Shown in pieces: positions 13,343 to 24,652 of a stretch of DNA of 64,000 nt. The notes below the pieces were generated by a model. It made no database searches. It was not told the origin of the DNA and saw only the letters and a program-made list of their open reading frames with translations. Location of the stretch: assembly GCA_043228905.1 (NCBI GenBank), contig JBHGNT010000020.1:10230001-10294000 (forward strand), written 5' to 3'. The stretch is from Azolla caroliniana (Eukaryota > Plantae > Polypodiophyta). The translations under genes and the position numbers were made by a program. Position 1 is the stretch's first letter, and each line of letters starts with the position of its first letter.

Positions 13343-15333
13343 TTACTCGTTTTCTTCACTGCGCAACCTCGCAGATGCATTTGTAACTGCAATATTGAGC
13401 TGAGCAGCACGTTCAACGATGGATTTTCTCTTTAGAGTTGAAACATTGTGAGCAATCTCAGCACAGAATTTCCTGTTCAGAATAGAATGTTAAAATTAAT
13501 GAATAATAATAGTAATGAACAAGTTTAGAGTTTCCTTTTCTCAAAACAGTAGTTCTGGAGACATGGTAACAGTTTTCAGGTTTTCCTTATGAAAGCCAAA
13601 GTTTCAATCAAACCAATGAAAAATGAGAACAGTTCAAAATAAGAAGCGTAATTGGTTATAAAACACACAATTTGTAAATTTCCTTCCAGAAGACTGATTT
13701 CAAATCAACAATAGTAGGTTCTGATAAATCTACTTAATCAGTCAGAAACAAGAAAAATTCAAAGTAAGAAATCTAAACCAGTGACAAACAGATCAACATA
13801 TCAGGAATCCCTTCAATAAAAGATGATCATTGAAAATAGCAAATTAATATGGACACTAAAGAATTGTTCAAAATAAACTGCACCTACATCAGCTAATATT
13901 GGAATAATATATAATAATCAAGATTGAGAAAAGTATTAGTTCATATGAAAAAATTTGACCTATTGTTCATTAAGATTTGACGTTCATTAAATATGCCAAT
14001 CAAAGCACAGACAAATAGCTTGACTCTTGACCAGGAAAAAGGAACAATAGCCTCAAACTAATTCATCAGAGAAATAAAAATGTATTACCACCACCGATAG
14101 CAAAAAGAATAAAGTACTTGACATAAATATTAAAAATGGGAGCTCAGAAGTTTATCTTCACCAGTTATCATCAGAAAGAATCAGAAGCAGAACTGGCATT
14201 TTAGACTGGTTAGAAATATCTCGTCATCGCTCCTCCCGATTATGAGTAACTTCTCAATGTACGGGATTTCACTAATTCTAGGGTTTTCCTTAACCAATGA
14301 TTTAGTGAGTTCACAATCGTCATTGCATTCATGTGCAGATATTCAAAAAGTTTTGAGGCAACATTGTGAAAACTAGAAATAGGCATATGACATAGAATTA
14401 TAACTTTCGTTTATCATTTATACCTGTTGTGCATCATGAGCAAATCAAGCTCAGCAGGATTGTGAACCAAAAACTTCTTAAAACCAGAGGGGAGGACATG
14501 TCTGGTCTTCTTGTTAGAGCCATATCCTATGTTCGGCATGAGCATGCATCCTTTGAACTTCCGGCGAACTCGAGAGTCAATACCTTTTGGTCTGCGCCAG
14601 CTAGGCTGATGTTCGTAATGATTATCATCAGAATAACAAAGGGAAAAAACGTTAGGAATAAGACATTCATAGCGGCAATCAGCTATTTCTTTAGTAGCAA
14701 GAATTAATGATTTCTAATCTAGGGCTTACCTTTGAAAAATTTTACCTTGGCCAATATTTTCGTTTGCCACAAATCCAAACACAATAAAACAATCTCCCAA
14801 TATTTATCTTAGTCAGTGCCTTCTATATTAGAAAATGCAAGAAAAAAGACGAAGAGATCTCTTTAACGATTAAAACGGAAAAGAACCCTACCCTAGCAGT
14901 AGCATGCAGACAGTTTATTTTCTGTAATTGCCTGCTATTACAAAATGCAGGAAGAAGATGATGATGGTGATGATATTGAAGAAGAGAGAACAGTCAAAGT
15001 AAAAAGCCACCAATTTAGACCAAAATTATGTTTGTATCTTCGACTTACAATATGTAAAAAGATTAATCAGTTTATCCATTATGAACAAGCCAAGGAACCA
15101 AATTCGCAGGTAAAAGTCTACGATTTGGAGGATTTTTTATGCATTTTCGTTCACACAGTCAAAGTCTCTAAGCTTTCATCTAGGCAGGAGCTCTCTCACT
15201 CTCGCTCGGTCGCTGGGGTTAAAAGGAGAAGAAATCGTTTTACCTTGACACAGATCTTACGGTCGCTCTGTGCGCGGATGAACTTCTTCACGCGCTTCTT
15301 CACGATCTTGGGCTTGACAAGGGGAGCCACCAT
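13343..15333 (-). CDS. RPL32: 60S ribosomal protein L32 (eL32), 133 aa, 3 coding exons: 15333-15244, 14605-14424, 13472-13343
   Basis: [30 protein letters not shown]|[19 protein letters not shown]...LMMHNR|[46 protein letters not shown] junctions; exons total 402 nt. Confidence 0.97.
14139..14233 (-). ncRNA. Intronic box C/D snoRNA of the U38/snR61 type (25S rRNA 2'-O-methylation guide)
   Basis: GGAGC-G-AUGACGA (box C) ... GCCAGUUCUGCUU-CUGA (D') - UUCUUUC-UGAUGA (C') ... CUGA (D) - GCUCC. It has a 5-bp terminal stem, and the 13-nt guide is complementary to the conserved LSU sequence AAGCAGAACUGGC. Confidence 0.88.
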
Positions 15334-15500
15334 GGCTGCGAGCTGTAAGCTATGTCCACTGCACTCCCTTTTCTTTCTTCTGGCCCCTCCTCCTTCTCCT
15401 CCTCCTTCTCCTTCTCCTTCTCCTTCTCCTTCTCCTTCTGCGCGAAGATGAAGAGATGGAGAAGCCAACAGAGAGACACACAGAAGACGGGTGAGTATGT

Positions 15501-15877
15501 TTTAGGGTTTTTTTTTTTCTTCCTTCCTTCGTAGCCCTAAGGTTTTCTCTAATTCCAAAACTAACCCCCCCCCCGTCTTTCTACTCTTTAGGGTTTTTTT
15601 TTCTTCCTTCCTCCGTAGCCCTAAGGTTTTCTCTAATTCCAAAACTAAACCCCCCCCCCCCCAATCTTTCTACTCTTTAGGGTTTTTGGTTACATATTTC
15701 CTAGCCCTAAAAGGTTTTCTATAATTCCACAACTACCCCCCATCTTTCTCCCTTTAGGGTTTTTCGTTATTTCCTAGCCCTAAAGGTTTTCTATAGTTCC
15801 AAAACTACCTCCCATCTTTCTCCCTTTAGGGTTTTTCGTTATTTCCTAGCCCTAAAGTTTTTTTATAATTCCAAAAC

Positions 15878-15882
<5 letters not shown>
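15501..15882. promoter_or_regulatory. Tandem array of five 72-89 bp units, each with a telo-box (AAACCCTA), directly upstream of RPL32
   Basis: tttagggttt at 15501, 15587, 15676, 15753 and 15825, each followed by tagccctaa(a)ggttttct.taattccaaaacta. Confidence 0.7.
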
Positions 15883-15911
<29 letters not shown>

Positions 15912-15915
<4 letters not shown>

Positions 15916-16625
15916 AAAAGCACACAATTATATTAATTGTACATTTGTATGTAAAATGTACTTAGTTACAAGTTACAACACTCCTTAGTCTCCTCTACCT
16001 ATCTATCCTATGCTCATGTAGGGAGACTGACGTCCTGTAATGCCATTAGAAAACCTGGATATGCATTTGAGGAAACGGTCCCCACATGTTGTAATATCCA
16101 GAATTTCCACATAAGAATACCTTTCAACTTCTTCATATAGACTTTCACCCCATGTTTACTATCAAACATGAAAGCATTACGCATATTCCAATTGTGTTAT
16201 AGTCCCCAATAACATACAAATTGGAACAATATCTCCATCTTTGAACATACTGATAAAAAAAACCCATTGTTGAGGTCTCCAATAACAACGAGTTAAAACT
16301 TGCCAAATGCCCAATAAATACTTCCAAATGGTAGACACTATAGAACATTTAATGAGCCGATGTGTACTGTCCTCCAATGGAATGGTGCAACAAAAACAAG
16401 TGCCTGACCCTAGTCCTCGTCTCTTTAAGGTTGAACCTAATGGAAGCCCACCAATCATGACTCTCCATATGAATACCTTTGCACGAAATGGCAGATGGGA
16501 ATGCCAGCCACATTATAATATTTTCCACCACTTTGCATTCGACTTACATATATTCCATACCTTTTCTGCTTTAGGTGATAGCCAAGATAATGATGTCATT
16601 GCATGATAATACATTCATAGTTCTA
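15912..16625 (-). mobile_element. L1-type LINE 3' fragment (ORF2 C-terminal zf-RVT region plus 3' end)
   Basis: IGGLPLGSTLKRRGLGSGTCFCC...EDSTHRLIKC, homologous to 57700-58100. The terminus abuts the (CT)n tract at 15883-15911. Confidence 0.85.
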
Positions 16626-16745
16626 ACCATACTTCCCATCCGTGCCATACTCATACGTCAATATCTGTATCATACTCATAAGTGAAAAGGCTCCAAGCAT
16701 GATTGAAATCCATACGCGATACATAGATATATACATATGGTGTAC

Positions 16746-16811
<66 letters not shown>

Positions 16812-16812
<1 letters not shown>

Positions 16813-18410
16813 AACGCGATGACGTTTCAAGAATAGTGTTGAAACATGTTTCTGATGTAACTTTGTCCTCAGAACTCCGTTTTTATGATTTTTGGCTCAT
16901 TGCGAAGCTTGTTCAGAGGGCTTTCCAAGGATTATTTGGACATTACGTTTCATTATCGTTACAAGAGGCTACAAGCAAAAGTGTCATCGTCTCAGGTTAG
17001 TTCTCTTAATCTCTATTAGGATGGTTGACACAACAACAGGAAGTGAGTTGATGATTGTTGATGGATGTGGTAGTGATGATGGTTATGAAAATTACAAGAG
17101 GCAAAAGTGTATTGATTCTACAAAACATGAGAAAACATCATATGTTGCTATTCTTGGTGAGAAAGATGCTAGAGATTGTGTGGAGGAGGATGTTGTCGAG
17201 GTGGTGATGGAAACCAACTCTATGTTAGCAACTTTTGATAGGTTCTATGATCGTGGTGTTATTTTGTATTTCACTAGCAAACTTCCTTTGGTATCATGGA
17301 TTAAGCAGTGGTTGAATTCATTCATAATGTCTAATTGTGTTGAGGATGTGTATGTGGGTCCAAGAGGTTTTTATGATGTAGTTTTTCGATCGTCAGAACA
17401 CCGTACAACTTTGATGGCAAAGGTACCAATCTTTTTTTATAGAAGATTAGTGCATGTGATGGAATGGGATCCAATGGTGGATTATAAAGATTTTAAAACA
17501 ACAATGTCCAATTTGGGTGACCGTTGATTGTAGTAACTCATTCTTTTGAGATTTACTACCAGGATTGATGTCCCAAATTGGTAAAGTTTTGGTTGCTCCT
17601 CATGTTAATTCGTTGAACAAATGTAGATTTTGCATGTTATGGATACAAGTTGTAAACTTTCAGGATGTTTGAGTATCGATACATCTTGATTTGGTCGATT
17701 TCGTTTTAAGCTTCAATGGGAAACTTTTGCAAGACATTGTTTTAAATGTGGTAAATTGGGGCATTTAATGGCTGAATGCCAATATCATGGTGAACTATCC
17801 CCAAAAAATAATGTCAAAGGGAAAAATAAGGAAGATGTTGAGAAGGATATTGTCTCAATGGTTGATATGGTCATGGATGAGGGAACATCTCATGGGTTAG
17901 AGCGAGATCCTAAAGATCATGGTCATGCTAGAGGTGTTGGGGAGGAGAATGGAGTATGTAATAATGATGGCCCAAATGTTGAAGATGGAGAGTGGCATCA
18001 AGTGAAGAATAAGATAAAAGGAAGGGTGTTGTCATACAAAGGGAAACAAAAAAAACTTATGGTACGACATTACCAAAAGATAATTTGAGATTGAAGGAGG
18101 GGTTTAAGAAAAATCCTTGGCAGAAACAAGTGCGAAATCAGAGATTGTCCAACAATTTACAATTTGATTCTTCGAGAAGGGTGGTACGACCTCAATTAAA
18201 TCACGAACTTCGTTCTCATAGAGCTAGACAACAAAACCCTAATATTGGTGGAGGGGATGTAGTACACACAAATCCTTATGCAGCTCTTGAACAAGTAGTT
18301 AGTACATTCATGAATACACTTGCTCATAAAGAGCAAGTTCTTACCAAAGGTGTTAAATGAAAGTGGTATCATGGAATGCGAAAGGGGGCATCTTCTCCTC
18401 ATAAGACTTT
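16812..18410 (+). mobile_element. L1-type LINE 5' part: 5' UTR plus degenerate ORF1 (DUF4283-like domain and CCHC knuckle)
   Basis: VYVGPRGFYDVVF...LVHVMEWDP and CFKCGKLGHLMAEC (~17738-17780); frameshifted; starts right after the (GT)n(GA)n tract. Confidence 0.8.
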
Positions 18411-18447
18411 TTCTCTCTCTCTCTCTCTTTTCGTAAGTACCTTACCC

Positions 18448-18593
18448 TAGTGGTAAGTTGTTAACACTACAAGCACTGCATCATGGGTTTGAAACCCAAT
18501 CTCCTCACCTCTCTATTATATAGTGGTAAGTTGTTAACACTACAAGCATTGCATCGTGGGCTCGAAACCCAATCTCCTCACCTCTCTATTATA
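18448..18593 (+). repeat. 73-bp tandem dimer with pol III A/B-box-like motifs (tRNA/SINE-like)
   Basis: tagtggtaag...ggg(t/c)t(t/c)gaaaccc...tctcctcacctctctattata, starting at 18448 and 18521. Confidence 0.55.
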
Positions 18594-18619
18594 TAGTTCA
18601 TATTCTCTTAATTCACTAG

Positions 18620-18698
18620 ATGCCACTGTGGAATGTTGGGGTTGAACCCATGATCACCTGGTCTCCATTGGGCAACCTTACCAACTGAGCTCATAAGA

Positions 18699-18700
<2 letters not shown>
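18620..18700 (-). mobile_element. tRNA-derived SINE-like head
   Basis: Minus strand reads gagctcagttggtaagg (A box) ... gggttcaacccc (B box); it does not fold into a full cloverleaf. Confidence 0.4.
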
Positions 18701-18730
<30 letters not shown>

Positions 18731-19174
18731 CTCCCTTCTCCCTTCCCCCTCCCCTATACCTCTCACTACCTTTTTATACACTCTCTCTCTTCCCTCGTTT
18801 CCCTCGAACCTTCTCCCCACCACCTCTTACTAACTTCCTTTTTCTTTCCCTTCCTTTCCCTTCCTTTATTTTCACCTTCTCACCATCTTATGTTTACTTA
18901 CTTATAATTACATACCCTATCACTCATTCATTTCCCCTTATCACCCTATCCCACTCACTCATCTGTCTTATCACCCTATCAATCTTCCTATCACCAACTC
19001 ATTTTCCCCTTTATCACCACCTCCCCTATCATCAAGATCTTCCACCTTAAATCCTTATAGCCTTCCATCTATTTACACTCTTATTACACCCCACTCACTA
19101 TGATTATACTTTCCCTCTTTCTCCTCCCTTCCCCATTCTCAACATCCTATATAAACTACCTTTTGTATTTCCAT

Positions 19175-19229
19175 GACCTTTTGCACTAATGAGCTCTAAG
19201 CGAGTGAAACTAGTTTGCTGCATAAGGTC
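19175..19229 (+). ncRNA. Degenerate minimal type I hammerhead ribozyme (Penelope-like element type)
   Basis: GACCUU-UUGCA [CUaAUGA] GCUC-UAAGC-GAGu [GAAA] C-UA-G[UU] UGC-UGCAU-AAGGUC. Stem I is GCA/UGC plus GACCUU/AAGGUC, stem II is GCUC/GAGU, and stem III is the palindrome AACUAGUU. The core has two transitions from consensus. Confidence 0.65.
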
Positions 19230-19385
19230 TTTCCTTTCATTTTAATGAAAATTTCTTGAGTCTCTCTCTCTCTCTCTCACCTCTATGCTTAGAATCTCTT
19301 TTTTTTCTATTACATTATCTACCATATCACAAAGTCGCCCGCACTCCTTGCTACAACCGAACGGTTAATAACAAAAGAGGGAGGT

Positions 19386-19419
<34 letters not shown>

Positions 19420-19421
<2 letters not shown>

Positions 19422-19571
19422 GTCCAAACCGGTGTATAAGCCGTTTACCAAACCGGTTTAGGGATCGGTTTGGTTCAAGTTTGAGAACCCCTAAACCGGT
19501 TTAAGCTTAACCAGTTTGGCTTGGATCAGGCTAAACCGGCTAAGCCTAAACCAAACCGTTGTCGATTCCTA
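19420..19571. mobile_element. Truncated hAT-MITE end (same kind as 63394-63614)
   Basis: aaaccgg/aaccg motifs ending in accgttgtcgattccta (right TIR); the left TIR is missing, with (GA)n in its place. Confidence 0.6.
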
Positions 19572-19599
19572 CTAACTAGACTAAGTTGAGCTTGATCTC

Positions 19600-20508
19600 T
19601 CAACAATGAGTATAAACACGAAAGTGTTCAAAATGGTCAAAGTCAAATGTCGAGTTGTGATGTTATGCACAACTCAAACTCACTTTTCTCGATCGAGCCT
19701 CTGAACCTATATGGTGTCCAAATTAGTAGAAGGTGTGCAAAGAGTGACAGGGTTGATACATCTAGTGACGAGGCTTGTGTAAATCAACCTTACACTTTTA
19801 GAAGAATTCTCAAACAAGTTTAGTATCAAAAGATTTAACTTTTTGTGTTATGATTGCCAAATAACATTTGATACCAATAAGTCATGTTGTGGGAATCTCT
19901 GTCTTTCTAAATTTGGAAAGGCAAACTTAAGGGGAATGCGACAAAAATATCTATCGCTTAATGGTGAGGAACAAGATACTTTCCTTATCGCACATATGCA
20001 ACTTGTGAAGGACCACATTGGAGAGGCTTGTTCAACGCATGTTGAATATTTTCTTGGACTAAGAGTTGTCGAGTTGCTTTTAAAATTGCTCACAACATTG
20101 GTAACATGAGGCTCTAGAGAACTCGGCTACAATTAATAAAGGGATCGTGGATACCTTTTGACAAGAATGTGCCTCGATGTAAGGGTCACATTGGGCGCCA
20201 TGTTATTAGTTGGATGGAGATATACTTCTCAAGGCAATGTGATATTATGCCTACATTTTTCTGACAACTTCACTCGTCATGAGGTTTACCAAATGTATAA
20301 GGATGACATGTTGTTAGAACGTGTACCCTATATACAATATCGACATATCAATCGATTTTGGAGGTTACAATTTAACAATGTGGTTATACCTCGCAAGGCT
20401 CAGATGGGTGTTTGTTCAATATGTACAAGTCTAAAAAACATGGCAACAAGTGGGAGATCAAATGAAGAAATAAAGAATTACAAGAGTCTATTAAAAGAAC
20501 ATCGTGAA
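19600..20508 (+). mobile_element. Degenerate Cys-rich DNA-transposase-like ORF (Sola/DUF7869-like N-terminal region), cut by a Copia LTR
   Basis: CCGNLCL...LHFSDNFTRHEVYQMY...FWRLQFNNVVIPRKAQMGVCSICTSLK...LLKEHRE; frameshifted; stops exactly at the LTR edge. Confidence 0.5.
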
Positions 20509-20609
20509 TGTAAAAGTTACGTGCGGAAAGGTAGACACAACCGGCTCAGCCGGATAGCAACAGAAAACAGAATGAAGATTTAATGGAAGCTTGAAAATAC
20601 ACAGTACAT

Positions 20610-20657
<48 letters not shown>

Positions 20658-23570
20658 AGAGAGAGAGAGAGCAGAGAGTAGAACATAAACTCAATTTCAA
20701 AAACTCTATAGACTCTGTACATACAAATGTGTTTTAGAGCACTTTTATACAAGTCCTTAAAGGACTGACAGAAGTACTAACAAGTACTTCAATGCTTGTA
20801 TCGAGCGACTGATACTAACTCCTAAAAATATGCCTACGTACTAGGCTAGGGTCGTAGGCCTCTAACAGCCTACCGGTTACACCGATCCGGATTACGATCC
20901 GGCTCTTGGTTCTGGATGCCAATCCGAACATCAATCTGGTTTCTTGTTTCGGATACCGATCCATCTCTGGCTTACTCAACCGATCGGATCATGTTGAGCT
21001 TGTCCGCTCAACACTCCCCCTCAAGCTCAACTTGAGGTTGGATCATGGTGTCTGTCTTTGCCAATCCTTGTTGCCGGCTTCTCCTAGCATCTTCACGCCT
21101 TGCTCGTGCTCCTCGACCAATCCGGTCTCGCACACCTCGGCCTTCTCATTCGGCTTGTTTGCTCCCTTGGCTCATGTTAGCTCCCTCATTGTTGTGGTAG
21201 TGGCGCTCCTCAACCCGTCGACTCTTCTGTGTTGGTGTTGGCTTCGGCTGCCCTTTCGTCCGCTTGGCCTTCAACTGATTCAGCTCTTCTGAATCGAACA
21301 TTTCGACCGAATTGGCTACTCCCTATTCGTTCTAGCTCTTGTCTGAATTGGTTGTCTCCGATTCATCCTCTTTTAGGAACTTGACCACATCTGCCCATGT
21401 CTTGCCTTCCTCTTCCGGTCAGCTCTGTCCTTCTTGACTTTGCCAACTTTACTGCCTCTCTCGGCTCTTTCTCCCCCCGATCCGGTTGGCTCTAGTTTTG
21501 GCTCTCTCTAGCAGCTTCTTTAGCCGATTTGGACGTTCCGACTTCTTCAGTCGGTCCGAAATCGAATTCATCTTTTCAGACATCTTCTCACTCCTCCTTT
21601 TTGGTTTCACTCCTCCCCTTCAAGTTCGGCATGTCGAGATGCTGCAAGCCAAGCATAGTCAAAAAATGTTGCAACTTGTCTAGGCCAAGAGGTTTGGTGA
21701 AGATGTCGGCGAGTTGCTGATTAGTTGGTACATGCAGAAGTTCCACTTCACCAAAGAGGACTCGCTCACGGAAAAAATGGCAGTGCACCTCAATGTGCTT
21801 AGTTCGAGCATGGAACACGGGGCTTCGCCGATTGGATGCTACTAAAGTTGTCGCAGTAGATCATGACCGGATCAGACACCTCCACTCACAGATCCTTCAA
21901 TACCAATTTGAGCCAAATGGCTTCGCATGTCGCGATAGCCGCTCCTCTATATTCGGCCTTGGGGCTCGACAATGCCACTGTCGGTTGTTTTTTGCTACTC
22001 CATGCAACCACGGCGCTTCCAAGTGAAAACACATAACTGGATGTAGACCTGCGGTCACCGGGATTTCCAGCCCAATCGGCATCCATGTCGCTGACAAGCT
22101 GTCCAACTACACCGGTCCAATATAGCAATGCTTGATCCTTAGTTCCACTGCATATCACATGATCCTATGCGCGCACTGAAGGTGTTCGACGGTCGGTTGC
22201 GATATAAACTAACTGATCAAGCTAACCAAGATACACTTCTCTACCTTAGCATCTTGCATTTTCCGCTTCTCATCCGGCACATGCACATATGGAATGCTAC
22301 TAAATACCTGAAGGTGCGTCAAATTTGGCTTCCGCTCGAAGTACAATTCGTGTGGCGACACCTTTGTCCCAGAGACTGATATCTGATTCTAGATGTAGAC
22401 AACTATCCGGATTGCTTCGGCCTAGTAGATCTGGGGCATGCTCTTCTCCTCCAACATTGCCCTCGCTGCTTCTACCAACGTCATGTTCCATCGTTCGGCC
22501 ACTCCGTTCTGCTCCGGCGTATATCTATATGAGAATTGTCAACGGATTCCCTCAAGTGGTCTGTAGATAACTTGTGAACTAGCCGGAAAAGTACGCTTTC
22601 CCGCCATCCGATCTCAGACACTTGATCTTTCTTCCGATTTCTCGTTCCACATTATTCTTCAAGTCCCAGAAGCATGAGAAGACTTCGCTCTTCTTCTCGA
22701 TTAATTAGATCCAAGTGTGTTGGTTGAAGTTGTCGATGAAGGAGACGAAATATCGACTCCTACCAATGCTCACATTTTGTGTTGGTCCCCACACATCCAA
22801 ATGGATAAGATCGAGTCGGTTCTGGCTCCGATTCTTCTCATTGGGGAACGGAAGCCTATGCTTCTTCTCGAGGAGACAAGCTTCACAAATCTGGCCCTTT
22901 TGGCCACTAAACTTTGGCAGTCTGGAAACCACATGTTTTGACTGCATCTTTTGAAGCGTCCGGAAGTTGATGTGGTCGATCCGCTTATGTCATAGGTCGA
23001 TTTTCAACTCAATCCTCTGTCCTTTCGCAAATATAGCGGCATCGAATCATTGACGTCCTTGTGCAATGATCCGGCCTTCCTCCTCAATGAAGCAATCGTG
23101 ATGAGTGAACTAGACCTGCATTCCTTGAATGATCTGGCCAACTGACACCAAGTTCTTGGTGATTGTCAGAACATGCAGGACGTTCCTCATAATTCCTCTC
23201 TAATCGACATTGCTCAAAGGGACATCTCTTATATGCTCGATGGGATGTGGGGTGTCTTCTCCAGTTTCGACCACCCCCGACTTCTCCGGTTTCTCAAGAA
23301 AGGAGAACCACTCTTTGTGGTTCGTCATGTGATTGGAAGCTCCGGAGTCCACATACCACACCACTTCTAACCTTGAGGTGGATACTCCCATCCAGTTGGC
23401 CTCACGCTTCATTACGAGGGTCGGTCCCGATTCAGCTCTCTATGAGCCGTCGGCCAATTGTGATCAGTGATGCCTATCTACGTCTTTCCGGTTCAATCTG
23501 GCTTTGTCCGAATCGGCCCTTTTTTCCAGCACTCGCTTTCTCTATTGCCCTTCCGGCCACAGTACTAGGA
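20509..23570 (-). mobile_element. Ty1/Copia LTR retrotransposon, 5'-truncated and internally deleted; 3' LTR at 20509-21013
   Basis: Protease WYVDSGASNHMT, integrase LIHLDVWGP...YFVSFID, RNase H DADWAG...RRSTS...WSSKKQPTVALS..AEY and RTKHIEV...QLADIFTK. PPT ttgagggggag at 21014-21024; the LTR reads TG...CA. Most of the RT is missing. Confidence 0.92.
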
Positions 23571-24652
23571 GTTATATAAAAGAAGTCATTCTTGACTTCA
23601 TTTGTAAGTGTGTGAATCAAACTCTAGATTGATCTTATAAAGTTTTACCAAAAAACAACGATTCTCGACTTAAATCGAAGTGGCTTCATAGGCTCATGTA
23701 ATCTATTTGAACCTTTCATTGTGGTCATAATCTTCATCTTTCCCCAAGCTTGCTTATCTAGGAACTTGCCTATGTCATTTACATTGGTATGGAATGTCTG
23801 CACCTCCATTGTCTCTTGACTTTGTATGGACTAGAAAGCAACACCTATATCGACGTTTGAGCCTAATGGCCATATATGTTGAACAACCAATAGTATGTTA
23901 TTCATCCTCAACTACAACTACCCTTTGCTTTCCATAGAAAACATGGCCACCTTTACATTAAATGAAACCTATGTTAAGTTCATAACTTGAACAAAACACC
24001 TTTTCCCTTGCATATTTTAACCCCTTGTGAAAGCCTCCACATCATGTGAACATTTTTCACTCTATGACTATTGAACTTGGAGCATCCACATCTATCATGG
24101 ACTAAAGTGAAATTAACATCTTTAAAGCATTCTCGGAAAGTGATTAATCGAGTCATTTGGGCCCCTTGTTTTATCAACTTTGTAAGTCCTTCAACACGAA
24201 CAAGAACTATGTTTAACAAAGCCCCTTCCATAAATGTCTGAATTCTTTCATTTGACAAAAATAAATAAATCAAACTCACTTTTTGATGAGAAAGATCACC
24301 TACAACAAGAGTTTCCTGGGCAAAAAAAGACATAATAATCATGACAATATTAGTAAACCGGATGCCCATAAGAAGAATAATTTGTTGCTAAATGCACAAA
24401 CTGTATAATGAATTAGAATTTTCAATTCCTGAGTCAGATAAATGCATATATATTACCATAATTTATAGAACAGAAACTGCTTTCTGTTTATCCATTGTGT
24501 TAAAAAATCAATACAAGACTGCTGTTGGCTGGGGCAAGCCAAGCCATGGCAAAAATCTCCAATACAAACTCTTACATGTGAGCACAACACACTTTCATGC
24601 CTGGATTTAAATAGATTTACAACATGCTTTCACATCCAAAATGAGTTATTCA

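Noticed and set aside
14245-14330. Second box C-like ATGACGA in RPL32 intron 2
   Set aside because: No canonical box D, terminal stem or recognisable rRNA complementarity.
14945-15451. 168-aa plus-strand ORF
   Set aside because: Antisense to RPL32 exon 1 and intron 1, with low-complexity ends.
23980-24369. 129-aa ORF between the Copia and the formin
   Set aside because: No identifiable domain; probably a decayed repeat.
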